A stretch of 64,000 nt of DNA from an uncultured Gammaproteobacteria bacterium (GCA_965231005.1 OZ246405.1:1159829-1223828), one strand, 5' to 3'; shown: positions 17,370-27,654, counted from the stretch's first letter. A program made the numbers and translations. Notes: a model not told the origin generated them from the sequence alone.

Positions 17370-18761
17370 ATGGCAAAAAATACGACAATAGACGAATCAA
17401 ATCTTCCAAAGGTAGTCCTTGTAGGACGCGTGAATGTTGGAAAATCTCGCCTATTTAACAGATTGATTGAAAACCAAAAAGCAATTATTTCTGATATTGG
17501 TGGCACAACAAGAACAAATAATGAAGGAATTGTTATTTGGAGAGGAAAGGAAATACAATTGGTTGATACAGGAGGCTTAACCTTTGAAGATGATATTCCT
17601 TTTGAAAAAGATATTATCCGACAAACTGAACTTGCTATCAAAGGAGCAAGCTTGGTTATTTTTGTTACAGATGCAACGACGGGAATTCTTCCTCAAGAAA
17701 GAGAATTGGCAAAACGCCTAAGAAAAAAACAAATGCCAATCATGTTAGTTGCAAATAAAGTTGATAGTGACAAAAAAGAGTTACGACTTGCAAGTGGAGA
17801 GTGGGCATCACTTGCGCTTGGAGAACCGATTGCCATTTCTGCTTCTAATGGAAGAAATGTTGGAGATTTTCTTGATCAGGTATATACAATACTCCAAAAG
17901 CAATCTGTCCGCCCTAAAAAACCAAAACAAAAAAAAAACACTATCAATGTAAGTATTATTGGAAAACCAAATGTTGGTAAATCATCACTCTTCAATAAAT
18001 TAATAGGAGAAGAAAAAGTTATTGTAAGTGATATTGCGCATACCACTCGTGAACCACATGATACGCAGGTAGTGTACGAATATAAGGTCGGGAAAAAGGA
18101 AGTAAAGCAAAAAATTAATTTTGTTGATACTGCAGGAATTAGGAGAAAAGCAAAAGTTGCTGGAGAACTTGAGCGTGTTGGTATTCATAAAAGCATATCA
18201 TCAATAGAAGAGTCAGATATTATTCTATTTGTATTAGATGGCAGCGAATCAATTTCAAGCCAAGATAAACAACTTGGAGGTCTTGTTGAAAAAAGAGGAA
18301 AAAGTGTTATTTTGCTTATTAACAAATGGGATCTTGCAACCGAACGAAGCGACGAATATAGAAATGCTGTAAAGAAAATGGTATATCGTCATTTTCCACA
18401 TTTAGATTTTGCACCTATTTTATTTGTAAGTAGTCTTACTAATTATCGCATTCATGAAATCTTTCCTATGATTATGCGTGTATGGCAAAGTCGTCATACA
18501 GAAATTCCAAACAAAGCACTCGAAGTATTTTTGAAACATGCAACAAAAGAGCATCGACCATCCCGAGGAAAAGGAACAAGACATCCAAAACTTCTTGGTA
18601 TAACACAACTTGGCACTGCTCCCCCAGTTATCGAAGTCGTTATTAAGTATAGAACCTCACTTCATAGATCATATATAAACTTTTTAAAGAATAAATTACG
18701 ACAACAATTCGATTTTATTGGAACACCTATTATCCTTAAGCTTCGAAAATTAAAAAAGTAA
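17370..18761 (+). CDS. der: Ribosome-biogenesis GTPase Der (EngA).
   Basis: Tandem GTPase domains with P-loops GRVNVGKSRLFN and GKPNVGKSSLFN. DTGG/DTAG and NKxD motifs. C-terminal KH-like domain. Confidence 0.92.
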   Translation: MAKNTTIDESNLPKVVLVGRVNVGKSRLFNRLIENQKAIISDIGGTTRTNNEGIVIWRGKEIQLVDTGGLTFEDDIPFEKDIIRQTELAIKGASLVIFVTDATTGILPQERELAKRLRKKQMPIMLVANKVDSDKKELRLASGEWASLALGEPIAISASNGRNVGDFLDQVYTILQKQSVRPKKPKQKKNTINVSIIGKPNVGKSSLFNKLIGEEKVIVSDIAHTTREPHDTQVVYEYKVGKKEVKQKINFVDTAGIRRKAKVAGELERVGIHKSISSIEESDIILFVLDGSESISSQDKQLGGLVEKRGKSVILLINKWDLATERSDEYRNAVKKMVYRHFPHLDFAPILFVSSLTNYRIHEIFPMIMRVWQSRHTEIPNKALEVFLKHATKEHRPSRGKGTRHPKLLGITQLGTAPPVIEVVIKYRTSLHRSYINFLKNKLRQQFDFIGTPIILKLRKLKK

Positions 18762-18765
18762 GCAT

Positions 18766-19317
18766 ATGAAGTTAATTGTTGGTCTAGGAAATCCAGGCAA
18801 ACAATACACAAAAACGCGTCATAATATTGGATTTATGACTCTTGATGCTTTGCACAATGATTTTGTTCAAAATAATATTTCTGATTGGTCTTTGAACAAA
18901 AAATTTAATGCTGAAATAAGTAGCTGTACCATAAAAAAAGAAAAGGTATTTTTGGTAAAGCCTATGACATTTATGAACGATTCTGGACAAGCAGTACAGC
19001 TTATTGCAAAGTATTATAAGATCCCAGCACAGGATATTATTGTGGTCCATGACGACAAAGATCTTCTACTTGGAGAAATTCGCGTCCAAGAAAATCGTGG
19101 GCATGCTGGTCACAACGGCGTAAAATCAATTATCCAATGTTTAGGAACAAAAGAATTTGCTCGTATACGCATTGGTGTTGATAATGAAAAAAAATCAAAA
19201 AAACAAAATACTGCAAACTTTGTTCTGGGGAAATTTGGAATCATGGAAAGAAAATTTGTAAAACAAATCACAGATGAGTCTGTAAAACAAATAAAAAAAA
19301 TATTAAAAATTGCATAA
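18766..19317 (+). CDS. pth: Peptidyl-tRNA hydrolase.
   Basis: MKLIVGLGNPGKQYTKTRHNIGF N-terminal signature. 183 aa. Confidence 0.92.
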   Translation: MKLIVGLGNPGKQYTKTRHNIGFMTLDALHNDFVQNNISDWSLNKKFNAEISSCTIKKEKVFLVKPMTFMNDSGQAVQLIAKYYKIPAQDIIVVHDDKDLLLGEIRVQENRGHAGHNGVKSIIQCLGTKEFARIRIGVDNEKKSKKQNTANFVLGKFGIMERKFVKQITDESVKQIKKILKIA

Positions 19318-19326
19318 CCACATAAT

Positions 19327-20412
19327 ATGACAATTACTAAGGAGGGACTGCTTGCTTATTTTTCAAAAATAAACTACAAGCGGTATAAACATATTACATC
19401 TACATTTTCATCTTTTGATAATGCATGGAGTGCACCTGCCAAAGAATATTACAAACGTATTCCTTGGAAACAATCTTTCATAAATGAATTTATTCATTGG
19501 CGAGATACGCTTGATATAACAAGCATACAACAGGTATTAGAAAGAGAATCTATAACCTGTATTCCCCTTTCGTCCAATGACTATCCTCAACTTTTAAAAG
19601 AAATCCATGATCCGCCAATTGCATTATTTGTAAAAGGAAGATTACAGACAAACGATTTCGCTATTGCTGTTGTGGGAACACGAAAATATACTGATTATGG
19701 AAGATATATTACTAACGACATTGTACAAAAATTAGCAGCGCAAGGAATAACTATTGTAAGTGGACTGGCATTTGGTATTGACAGATTTGCTCACGAAGCT
19801 GCGTTAGATGCAAAAGGATACACCATTGCTGTATTGGGGTCAGGAATAGATACAAAGAGTATAAGCCCTTCTACACATCTGTGGCTTGCTGAAAACATTA
19901 TTGAAAACGGTGGTGCAGTTATTTCTGAATATCCTCCAGGAACACAGGCTGCAGTGTATACATTCCCAGAAAGAAATAGAATTATAGCCGGACTCAGTAA
20001 GGGCACACTTGTAACAGAAGCAGCAAGGCGCTCTGGAGCACTCATTACAGCGACATGTTCTTTGGAAGAAAATAGAGAAGTATTTGCAATACCACATAAT
20101 ATTACAAACAGAGGTGCTGCTGGGACAAACGATCTTATCAAACAAGGTGCACATGTTGTAACTTCGGCAGAGGATATTCTAAATGTATTAGACCTAAAAA
20201 ACATAGAACAGTATATTGATAACAGAAATACACTGCCACACTCCCCTGTTGAGTCCTTGATACTAAGACATATCTCTCAAAAACCAACACACATAGATGA
20301 GCTACTAAAGAAAATTAATCTATCTCAGACTGAAATTACAAGTTCGCTAACACTTATGGAAATGAAAGGAATTGTAAAGAATATTGGGAATATGATGTAT
20401 ACAAAGATATAA
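19327..20412 (+). CDS. dprA: DNA-processing protein DprA (Smf).
   Basis: Rossmann-like core AVVGTRKYTDYGRYI...IVSGLAFGIDRFAHEAAL. C-terminal winged-helix domain. Confidence 0.88.
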   Translation: MTITKEGLLAYFSKINYKRYKHITSTFSSFDNAWSAPAKEYYKRIPWKQSFINEFIHWRDTLDITSIQQVLERESITCIPLSSNDYPQLLKEIHDPPIALFVKGRLQTNDFAIAVVGTRKYTDYGRYITNDIVQKLAAQGITIVSGLAFGIDRFAHEAALDAKGYTIAVLGSGIDTKSISPSTHLWLAENIIENGGAVISEYPPGTQAAVYTFPERNRIIAGLSKGTLVTEAARRSGALITATCSLEENREVFAIPHNITNRGAAGTNDLIKQGAHVVTSAEDILNVLDLKNIEQYIDNRNTLPHSPVESLILRHISQKPTHIDELLKKINLSQTEITSSLTLMEMKGIVKNIGNMMYTKI

Positions 20413-20416
20413 GAGT

Positions 20417-21091
20417 ATGAAAAAGACAGCACTTATTACAGGATCAGCAAAAGGACTTGGGGCTGAGCTTGCAACAACGCTCCAGAGCGAAGGATATGAT
20501 ATCATTATTCACTATTTAAGCAGTGAAAAAGAAGCAAAAGATGTTGTAAACGCAAAGCAGGTCATTAAAGCAGATTTAACAAAAAAGAATGAGGTAGAAA
20601 AAATGTTTAAAAGTATTGGACCTGTTGACATACTTATTAATAATATTGGGGATTTTATTTATTCACCACTACTGGATACATCTGTTGATGATTTTGAATA
20701 CTGTATTCAAAATAATTTTCTTTCTGCCTGGTATTGTATAAAAAATGCACTTCCACACATGCAAAAACAAAATTTTGGAAGAATTATCAATTTTGGATGT
20801 GTAAGTTGTGATCAACTCACATCTCGGCCAAATACCACACCATACTACATTGCAAAGACAAGTTTGCTTATGCTAACCCGATCGTTGGCAAAAGAACTGA
20901 AAGATACTAATATTACAGTAAATATGATTTCTCCAGGAGTACTCCCAACAGGATATTCAGCAAACAACCCTGAAATACCAACTGTCCCCTTTGACGCGAT
21001 TACAAGGAGTATGCTATTCTTAATTTCAAATGAAAATAATAACATCCGAGGAGCGAATCTCGAGGTAAGCGCAGGGTGGAGACCTTCGTAA
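20417..21091 (+). CDS. Short-chain dehydrogenase/reductase (SDR) family oxidoreductase.
   Basis: TGSAKGLGAEL cofactor-binding motif. Catalytic YYIAKTSLL (YxxxK). NNIG. Confidence 0.8.
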   Translation: MKKTALITGSAKGLGAELATTLQSEGYDIIIHYLSSEKEAKDVVNAKQVIKADLTKKNEVEKMFKSIGPVDILINNIGDFIYSPLLDTSVDDFEYCIQNNFLSAWYCIKNALPHMQKQNFGRIINFGCVSCDQLTSRPNTTPYYIAKTSLLMLTRSLAKELKDTNITVNMISPGVLPTGYSANNPEIPTVPFDAITRSMLFLISNENNNIRGANLEVSAGWRPS

Positions 21092-21158
21092 ATAATATAC
21101 AAACATATGTTGTAACTAAACTACGTTAGATCAAAGATATACATATTAATATTGAATT

Positions 21159-21839
21159 ATGAAAAATATAAAAAAAGAAAAAATTGCATTCTACATATTG
21201 TTTATCATCGTAGGTCTTCTTACAATGCAAGTTCCATTTAGTCAATTAGTAGGAGCTGAAAATCTAAAATTTAGCCTTTTTGACTTCTTTGGTCCTATTG
21301 CAGGAGCATTTATAGGCCTTTGGGGATTGGCTGTTGTAGCAATTATGCAACTTGTAAACTGGGGAATAAATGGTTTTGCCACTGAACTTACATCACTTAT
21401 TCGTCTCCTTCCTGTCTTATTTGCAGTATTGTACTTCACAAAAACATACAGAAAATGGACACTCATCGCACCAGCACTTGCAATGATTGCATTTTGGGCA
21501 CATCCAGAAGGACGTGGGGCATGGTACTTTGCACTCTACTGGACTATTCCTTTCATAGCATACCTCTTTTCAGATCGTTTTATTTTTGCTCGTGCTCTTG
21601 GTGCAACATTTACGCAGCATAGTGTTGGTGGAGCTCTTTGGCTTTGGTCTACAGGAATGAAAAGCACCATCTGGCTATCATTGATTCCTATTGTCTGGCG
21701 TGAACGTTTTCTTATGGCAATTGGAATTACACTTACATATATTCTTGCAAACTACGTCTTAAGTATTGTGCGAGAAAAAACAAATTGGAAACTCTCATTT
21801 GCAGAAATTAATAAAAAATTTGCAATTCACCACAAGTAA
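21159..21839 (+). CDS. Polytopic membrane protein with about 6 TM helices. By context it is possibly an ECF-type/FolT-like vitamin transporter substrate component.
   Basis: Hydrophobic throughout. 226 aa. Immediately upstream of folC. Confidence 0.4.
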   Translation: MKNIKKEKIAFYILFIIVGLLTMQVPFSQLVGAENLKFSLFDFFGPIAGAFIGLWGLAVVAIMQLVNWGINGFATELTSLIRLLPVLFAVLYFTKTYRKWTLIAPALAMIAFWAHPEGRGAWYFALYWTIPFIAYLFSDRFIFARALGATFTQHSVGGALWLWSTGMKSTIWLSLIPIVWRERFLMAIGITLTYILANYVLSIVREKTNWKLSFAEINKKFAIHHK

Positions 21840-21901
21840 AAAAATACTTGTCTCATATGCAGACCTCCCTCTATGAAGGGAGGTTTTGAGCAAAAGGCAA
21901 T

Positions 21902-23227
21902 ATGACATTTCAAGAAGCAAAACAATTTATTTATTCTTTGAATAATATTCCAAGAAAACAATACATGCAAGATGCAAAATGTCATGTCTATCTAAAGCGC
22001 TTGCAATTCTTTTTAGATATTCTTGATAATCCTGAACAACACATCCCTCATTATATTCATGTTGGTGGAACAAGTGGAAAAGGTTCAGTCGCAAATTTTC
22101 TTCATGCGATTCTTGAACAGGATGGAAAAAAAGTAGGAAGTTATATATCCCCTCACCCAAGTGAAATTACTGAGCGATGGAAGATTGGAAAAAAGAAAAT
22201 GACAAAAAAAGAATTTGCTGCTCTTGTAGAAAAAATAAAACCCGCATTAGATACATATATTCAAAAGAGTCCCTACGACATGCTCTCATTTTTTGAATTA
22301 CATGTTGCTATGACACTCCGTTACTTTGCAAGAAAAAAAGTAGATTGGGCAATTTTAGAAGTTGGATGTGGAGGAAAATTTGATGGAACAAATGTTATTC
22401 CTTACAAAGATGTAGCAATTGTTACAAATGTCGAAAAGGACCACATGCATATTCTAGGATCAACAAAAAAAGAAATTGCAAAAAAGAAAATTGGTATTGT
22501 TTCTGAAAACGCGCGTGTTTACACATTGGAAAAGAATAGAGCGATACGAACACTATTAGAAAAAGAAACAAAAAAGAAAAAGGGGGCCTCATTTCACTAT
22601 GTTCAACATAATAGTAGACCTACTATTTCAAAAGAGAAAACAACATTCATATATAAGGGTGAACAATATTCAATGCAAAGTCTTGGGAAGCATCAAGTTT
22701 CCAATGCTATACTAGCAATAGATGTTGCAACAGATATGGGACTTTCTCAAAAGGCAATAAAAAAAGGTATTGCGCGTGCAGGGCAGCCACTTCGCATGGA
22801 AATAGTGCAGAACCATCCAGATATTATATTGGATAGTGCGCACAATCCAGATAAAATGAAAGCAACAGTGCAAACGACCCAACTACTTCAAAAAAATAAA
22901 AAGCAACACATACATCTTATTATTGGATTTTCAGAAAGCAAGGATTGGAAAAAAATGATACAACAACTCGCAAAACTTAAACCAAAAACTGTTGCCATTA
23001 CACGGCAAACACAGAATCAATTTCGAAAGGTTGCTTCACCACATGCAATTGCAGTAGAGTGGTCAAAATATTCACTATTTAAAGCAAAAACAAAAATCTT
23101 TCTCGATCCACAAGAAGCTGCTGTGTGGAGCAAGAAGCAAACAAAAAAATCTGATATACTACTTGCAACCGGCTCAATATTTTTAACTGGTGAAATTGCT
23201 CGTATATTGACAGACCATACTATATAA
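21902..23227 (+). CDS. folC: Folylpolyglutamate synthase / dihydrofolate synthase (Mur ligase family).
   Basis: P-loop HVGGTSGKGS. Mur ligase middle and C-terminal domains. 441 aa. Confidence 0.85.
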   Translation: MTFQEAKQFIYSLNNIPRKQYMQDAKCHVYLKRLQFFLDILDNPEQHIPHYIHVGGTSGKGSVANFLHAILEQDGKKVGSYISPHPSEITERWKIGKKKMTKKEFAALVEKIKPALDTYIQKSPYDMLSFFELHVAMTLRYFARKKVDWAILEVGCGGKFDGTNVIPYKDVAIVTNVEKDHMHILGSTKKEIAKKKIGIVSENARVYTLEKNRAIRTLLEKETKKKKGASFHYVQHNSRPTISKEKTTFIYKGEQYSMQSLGKHQVSNAILAIDVATDMGLSQKAIKKGIARAGQPLRMEIVQNHPDIILDSAHNPDKMKATVQTTQLLQKNKKQHIHLIIGFSESKDWKKMIQQLAKLKPKTVAITRQTQNQFRKVASPHAIAVEWSKYSLFKAKTKIFLDPQEAAVWSKKQTKKSDILLATGSIFLTGEIARILTDHTI

Positions 23228-23363
23228 TGTAGACTCTGGATTAATCACATACTAATTACAAATGATACAAATATACAAATTTGGACAAAAGCCATTTTTT
23301 CTAAAGGAAACGTCTTGGTAAATATTTGTAAATTTGTACAATTCGTAATTTGTATGTAAATGT

Positions 23364-25661
23364 ATGTCAAAACTCGTTATCGTTGAGAGCCCTACAAAGG
23401 CAAAAACAATTACAAAATTTCTTGGAAAAGGATTCGTTGTTGAATCTTCTTTTGGTCATGTACGTGACCTTCCAAAAAGTAAAATGGGTATTGATATTGA
23501 AGGACAAACCTTTGAACCAGAATATGTTGTCCCAAAAGATAAGAAAAAACGTGTTTCAGAACTAAAAGCAAAAGCAAAAAAAGCAGATGAAATTATATTT
23601 GCAACTGATAGTGATAGAGAAGGAGAAGCAATTTCATGGCACCTGGCTGCCCTTCTTGATGTAGATGTAAAAAAGGCAAAACGTATTGTATTTCATGAGA
23701 TTACACAACATGCAATCGAAGAAGCATTAAAAGAACCAAGAGACTTAAACCAATCACTTGTCGATGCGCAGCAAGCGCGACGTGTCCTTGATAGACTTGT
23801 TGGGTATGAACTGTCTCCCCTTCTTTGGAAAAAAATTGCAAGAGGTCTTTCTGCAGGAAGAGTACAATCAGTTGCTGTACGACTTATTGTTGAACGAGAA
23901 CGAGAAATACAAGCATTCAATCCAGAAGAATACTGGACGATTCAAGGGTTATTTACTCCAAAAGATGCAAAAGAGGAACAAGAATTTATTGGGAAGCTTT
24001 ATTCAATTGGTGAAAAAAAATTAACAAAGTTGAGTTTACAAAAAGAATCTGAAGTAAAGGAAATTGTAAAAAATCTTGAGAATGCAACTTACAGTATTCA
24101 AGATATTACCAAAAAAGAACTAAAACGAAATCCACCAGCAGCATTTACAACATCAACATTGCAACAAAATGCTCATAATAAATTAGGATATTCTTCTAAA
24201 CAAATCATGAGACTTGCACAGCAATTGTACGAAGGTATTGATTTGGAAGGTGAAGGACATGTTGGTTTGATTACGTACATGCGTACAGATTCGACCATGC
24301 TTTCAAAAAAGTTTCTCAATGAAACAAATTCATTTGTCGAAAAGACCTATGGAAAGGAATATGCACTAGATGCGCCACGCGTATTTAAAACAAAATCAAA
24401 AGGTGCACAAGAAGCACACGAAGCTATTCGCCCAACAGATCCTGCACGTACTCCTGAATCAATACAAGATAAGCTTGATCCACAACAATATAAGTTGTAC
24501 GAGCTTATTTGGAAACGTGCTGTAGCAACACAGATGGCAGCAGCAAAACTAAATAAAACAGCAATTGATATTTCTGCAAAAGAATATATCTTTCGTGCTA
24601 CAGGACAAACAATGAATTTTCCAGGTTGGCTAGCACTGTATCCAAACGCAACAAAAGAAAGCATGTTACCAGAACTAAAAAAGAATGACGAAGTTGATTG
24701 TAAAGAACTTAAAACTGATCAACACTTTACAGAACCTCCTGCAAGATATTCAGATGCTACACTTGTAAAAACATTGGAAGAATATGGTATTGGACGTCCT
24801 TCTACTTATGCACCAACAATCGCAACGATTGAAGCGAGAAACTACGTTGAACGTAATGACAATAAACGACTTCAACCACTGAGTGCAGCATTTCTTGTCA
24901 ATGATCTTCTTGTTGAACATTTTCCTGATATTGTTGACTACACCTTTACTGCAAAAGTTGAAGATAGTTTTGATAAAATTGCATTAGGAAAAATAGATTG
25001 GCACAAGATGATTAAGGAGTTTTATGTTCCATTTCACAAAAATCTAGAAGAAAAAGAAGAATCAATCGATCGTGAAGATGTTGTGCAAATGAGAGAACTT
25101 GGTATTGATCCAGAATCTGGTAAGCCAATCTACACACGAGTTGGACGATATGGACCATTTGTACAAAAAGGATCAAAGGACGACGAAGAAAAACCACAAT
25201 TTGCATCGCTTGAAAAAGGACAAACTACTGAAAATATAACACTTGAACAAGCACTCGTACTACTCAGCCTTCCACGAAAAGTAGGACAAGACGCAGATGG
25301 AAATGATGTTATTGCAAACAGAGGAAGATTTGGACCATATGTACAAGTTGGGAAAAAATACTACTCACTCAAAGGCGATGATAATCCATATGACGTTACA
25401 ATAGAACGTGCACTCGAAATTATTGCTGAGAAAAATAAAAAAGATGCTGAAAAAGAAATCCAGATTTTTGAAGAAGAAGGCATCCATGTTCTCAATGGAC
25501 GATACGGACCATATGTCAGAGATATTAATACAAAGAAAAATGCAAAAATTCCAGAAGATACAGATCCTAAAACATTGACTATTGAAGAATGTAAAAAGCT
25601 TTTGGAAGAAGCAAAAACAAAAAAACGAAGAGGAAGAAAGAAGACAAAAAAGAAAGAATAA
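23364..25661 (+). CDS. topA: DNA topoisomerase I.
   Basis: MSKLVIVESPTKAKTI Toprim N-terminus. Active-site region. C-terminal repeats GRYGPFVQ / GRFGPYVQ / GRYGPYV. Lys-rich tail. Confidence 0.93.
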   Translation: MSKLVIVESPTKAKTITKFLGKGFVVESSFGHVRDLPKSKMGIDIEGQTFEPEYVVPKDKKKRVSELKAKAKKADEIIFATDSDREGEAISWHLAALLDVDVKKAKRIVFHEITQHAIEEALKEPRDLNQSLVDAQQARRVLDRLVGYELSPLLWKKIARGLSAGRVQSVAVRLIVEREREIQAFNPEEYWTIQGLFTPKDAKEEQEFIGKLYSIGEKKLTKLSLQKESEVKEIVKNLENATYSIQDITKKELKRNPPAAFTTSTLQQNAHNKLGYSSKQIMRLAQQLYEGIDLEGEGHVGLITYMRTDSTMLSKKFLNETNSFVEKTYGKEYALDAPRVFKTKSKGAQEAHEAIRPTDPARTPESIQDKLDPQQYKLYELIWKRAVATQMAAAKLNKTAIDISAKEYIFRATGQTMNFPGWLALYPNATKESMLPELKKNDEVDCKELKTDQHFTEPPARYSDATLVKTLEEYGIGRPSTYAPTIATIEARNYVERNDNKRLQPLSAAFLVNDLLVEHFPDIVDYTFTAKVEDSFDKIALGKIDWHKMIKEFYVPFHKNLEEKEESIDREDVVQMRELGIDPESGKPIYTRVGRYGPFVQKGSKDDEEKPQFASLEKGQTTENITLEQALVLLSLPRKVGQDADGNDVIANRGRFGPYVQVGKKYYSLKGDDNPYDVTIERALEIIAEKNKKDAEKEIQIFEEEGIHVLNGRYGPYVRDINTKKNAKIPEDTDPKTLTIEECKKLLEEAKTKKRRGRKKTKKKE

Positions 25662-25691
25662 AAAAAACCCCACATATGTGGGGATTTTTTA
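25662..25691 (+). terminator. Rho-independent terminator after topA.
   Basis: aaaaaaaccccacatatgtggggatttttt. Confidence 0.85.
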
Positions 25692-25895
25692 TGTAGCGGC
25701 GAGGAGGTAACCTCAATGCCATAGGTAATATAAAGGCCCTCGACCCGCTACAGCATATAGTGTATCAAAAAAACTGGAAAAAGCAAGAGTATGTTAGATT
25801 TTTCTGGAGATAACTTTTCCAAAAAAAAATTGCAAATCATCAAAAAAAATACTAAAATAAGGCAAATATTCACATAATTTCAAAAAAAGAAAAGC

Positions 25896-25926
25896 CGCCG
25901 TCTTGCGACTGCGGTTTTTCTCGGCT
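25896..25926 (+). terminator. GC hairpin plus T-run in the topA-rel intergenic region; possibly the end of a small transcript.
   Basis: aaagccgccgtcttgcgactgcggtttttctcggcttt. Confidence 0.35.
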
Positions 25927-26081
25927 TTGGGATTACCCTGCCTTTTATATTACCTACACAGAACTATAACACAATTTTTCCATTTTGTCAAGTCTTTCTA
26001 CACAAAAAGAGGAAAACTACTTGTAAAATATCAAAAAAACAGATACAGTTAATATTGTCTACATGATAACAAAAAAACCAA

Positions 26082-27563
26082 ATGGCAAGACGTCTTACAG
26101 GAACAATAGATGATCTCATCTACAAAATTGAAGAGTATGCTCCAAATGCTGACACCGATATTGTTCGGCTAGCTTATGATTTTGCAGCAAAAGCACATAA
26201 AGGACAAACAAGAAAATCTGGAGAACCATACATCACTCACCCACTTGCAGCAGCACATATCCTTGCAGATATGCGTATTGACCCAACAATTGTCGCTGCA
26301 ACCCTTCTTCACGATGTTCCAGAAGATACCCCAGTAACTCTTGAAGAAGTTGGTGAAAACTTTGGTAGTGATGTTGAATCAATGGTGAGAGGAATTACAA
26401 AATTGGGAAAACTGAAATATCGTGGTGTAGAGCGATACATTGAAAACCTCAGAAAAATGTTTGTTGCCATGGCAGAAGATATCCGAGTCATGATTATTAA
26501 GTTTGCAGATAGAATACATAATCTTACAACGCTTGGGGCGCTTCCGCCGCAAAAACAATATCGAATAGCACTTGAAAGTTTAGAAATATATGCACCAATC
26601 GCCAACAGACTTGGTATGGATGATATGAAAGGAACATTGGAAGATCTAGCATTCCAATATGTGTATCCAAAAGAATATCAGCGAGTAAAAAAATTGCGTG
26701 ATGAAAAGTTAAAAGGAAAAGAAGGATACTTTAAGAAAATAGAAGAAAAAGCTGAACGTGAGCTTAAAAAAGCAACAATACCAATTACACTTATTCGAGG
26801 AAGAAATAAACGTTTGTATAGTTTCTACAAAAAATTGTTACGCAAGGATAACAAGGTTGCAAAGATTTACGATCTTGTAGCACTACGTATTATTGTTCCA
26901 ACAATAGCAGACTGTTATGCAACACTAGGAATTCTCCATAAAATATGGAAACCGGTCAAAGGAAGAATCAAAGATTATATATCACAACCAAAGCCAAATG
27001 GATATAAATCACTCCACACAACAGTATTTGGTGATGGCGGAGAAATTGTCGAATTTCAGATCCGTACAAAAGAGATGAATGAAGAAGCTACATTCGGTTT
27101 TGCTGCGCATTGGCATTACGATGAGCATGGATCCCGTCTCCCTGCCCGAGAAGTAAAATGGGCAAAAGAACTTGCTGAAATTCAAAAGGACATGTTGAAC
27201 AAATTGTCTGATTTGGAAGAAATAAAAATTGATTTCCTCCAAACAAGAATTTTTGTATTCACACCAAAGGGTGATGTTATTGATTTACCCGAAGGTGCAA
27301 CACCGGTCGATTTTGCTTATCATATCCATACTGAAATTGGAAACAAGTGTATTGGTGCGACAATAAATGACAAAATGACAAGCCTTGATACTGAACTGAA
27401 AAATGGTGACGTTGTTGAAATTATGATTGATAAAAACAGAAAAGGACCAAGTCCTGATTGGTTAAACTTTGTAAAAACAAATACAGCAAAAACACATATT
27501 AAACTTCAACAACGTACAAAAATCACTGGATGGCTCAAGTCAGTCCTCCCGAAGAACGAATAG
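26082..27563 (+). CDS. Short (493 aa) RelA/SpoT-family (p)ppGpp synthetase/hydrolase with HD, synthetase and TGS domains; the ACT/C-terminal regulatory part is not evident.
   Basis: HD motif HPLAAAHILADM...LLHDVPEDT. Synthetase RIKDYISQPKPNGYKSLHTTV. TGS IFVFTPKGDVIDLPEGATPVDFAYHIH. Confidence 0.88.
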   Translation: MARRLTGTIDDLIYKIEEYAPNADTDIVRLAYDFAAKAHKGQTRKSGEPYITHPLAAAHILADMRIDPTIVAATLLHDVPEDTPVTLEEVGENFGSDVESMVRGITKLGKLKYRGVERYIENLRKMFVAMAEDIRVMIIKFADRIHNLTTLGALPPQKQYRIALESLEIYAPIANRLGMDDMKGTLEDLAFQYVYPKEYQRVKKLRDEKLKGKEGYFKKIEEKAERELKKATIPITLIRGRNKRLYSFYKKLLRKDNKVAKIYDLVALRIIVPTIADCYATLGILHKIWKPVKGRIKDYISQPKPNGYKSLHTTVFGDGGEIVEFQIRTKEMNEEATFGFAAHWHYDEHGSRLPAREVKWAKELAEIQKDMLNKLSDLEEIKIDFLQTRIFVFTPKGDVIDLPEGATPVDFAYHIHTEIGNKCIGATINDKMTSLDTELKNGDVVEIMIDKNRKGPSPDWLNFVKTNTAKTHIKLQQRTKITGWLKSVLPKNE

Positions 27564-27565
27564 AA

Positions 27566-27596
27566 AAACAGGATCTCACAAGATCCTGTTTCATTA
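27566..27596 (+). terminator. Rho-independent terminator after the rel gene.
   Basis: aaaaacaggatctcacaagatcctgtttc. Confidence 0.75.
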
Positions 27597-27628
27597 TCTA
27601 ATATTTATTATCTACTATTTAATAGAAA

Positions 27629-27654
27629 ATTACTCGAGTAGACTCATGAGTAAT
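27629..27654. repeat. Two adjacent perfect 10-bp palindromes in the rel/parB convergent spacer.
   Basis: tactcgagta (27631-27640) and actcatgagt (27642-27651), flanked by attactc...gagtaat. Confidence 0.6.

Noticed and set aside
25716-25724. ATG-CCA-TAG two-codon ORF with a perfect SD
   Set aside because: Too short to call a gene. It is recorded only as part of the structured element in the findings.
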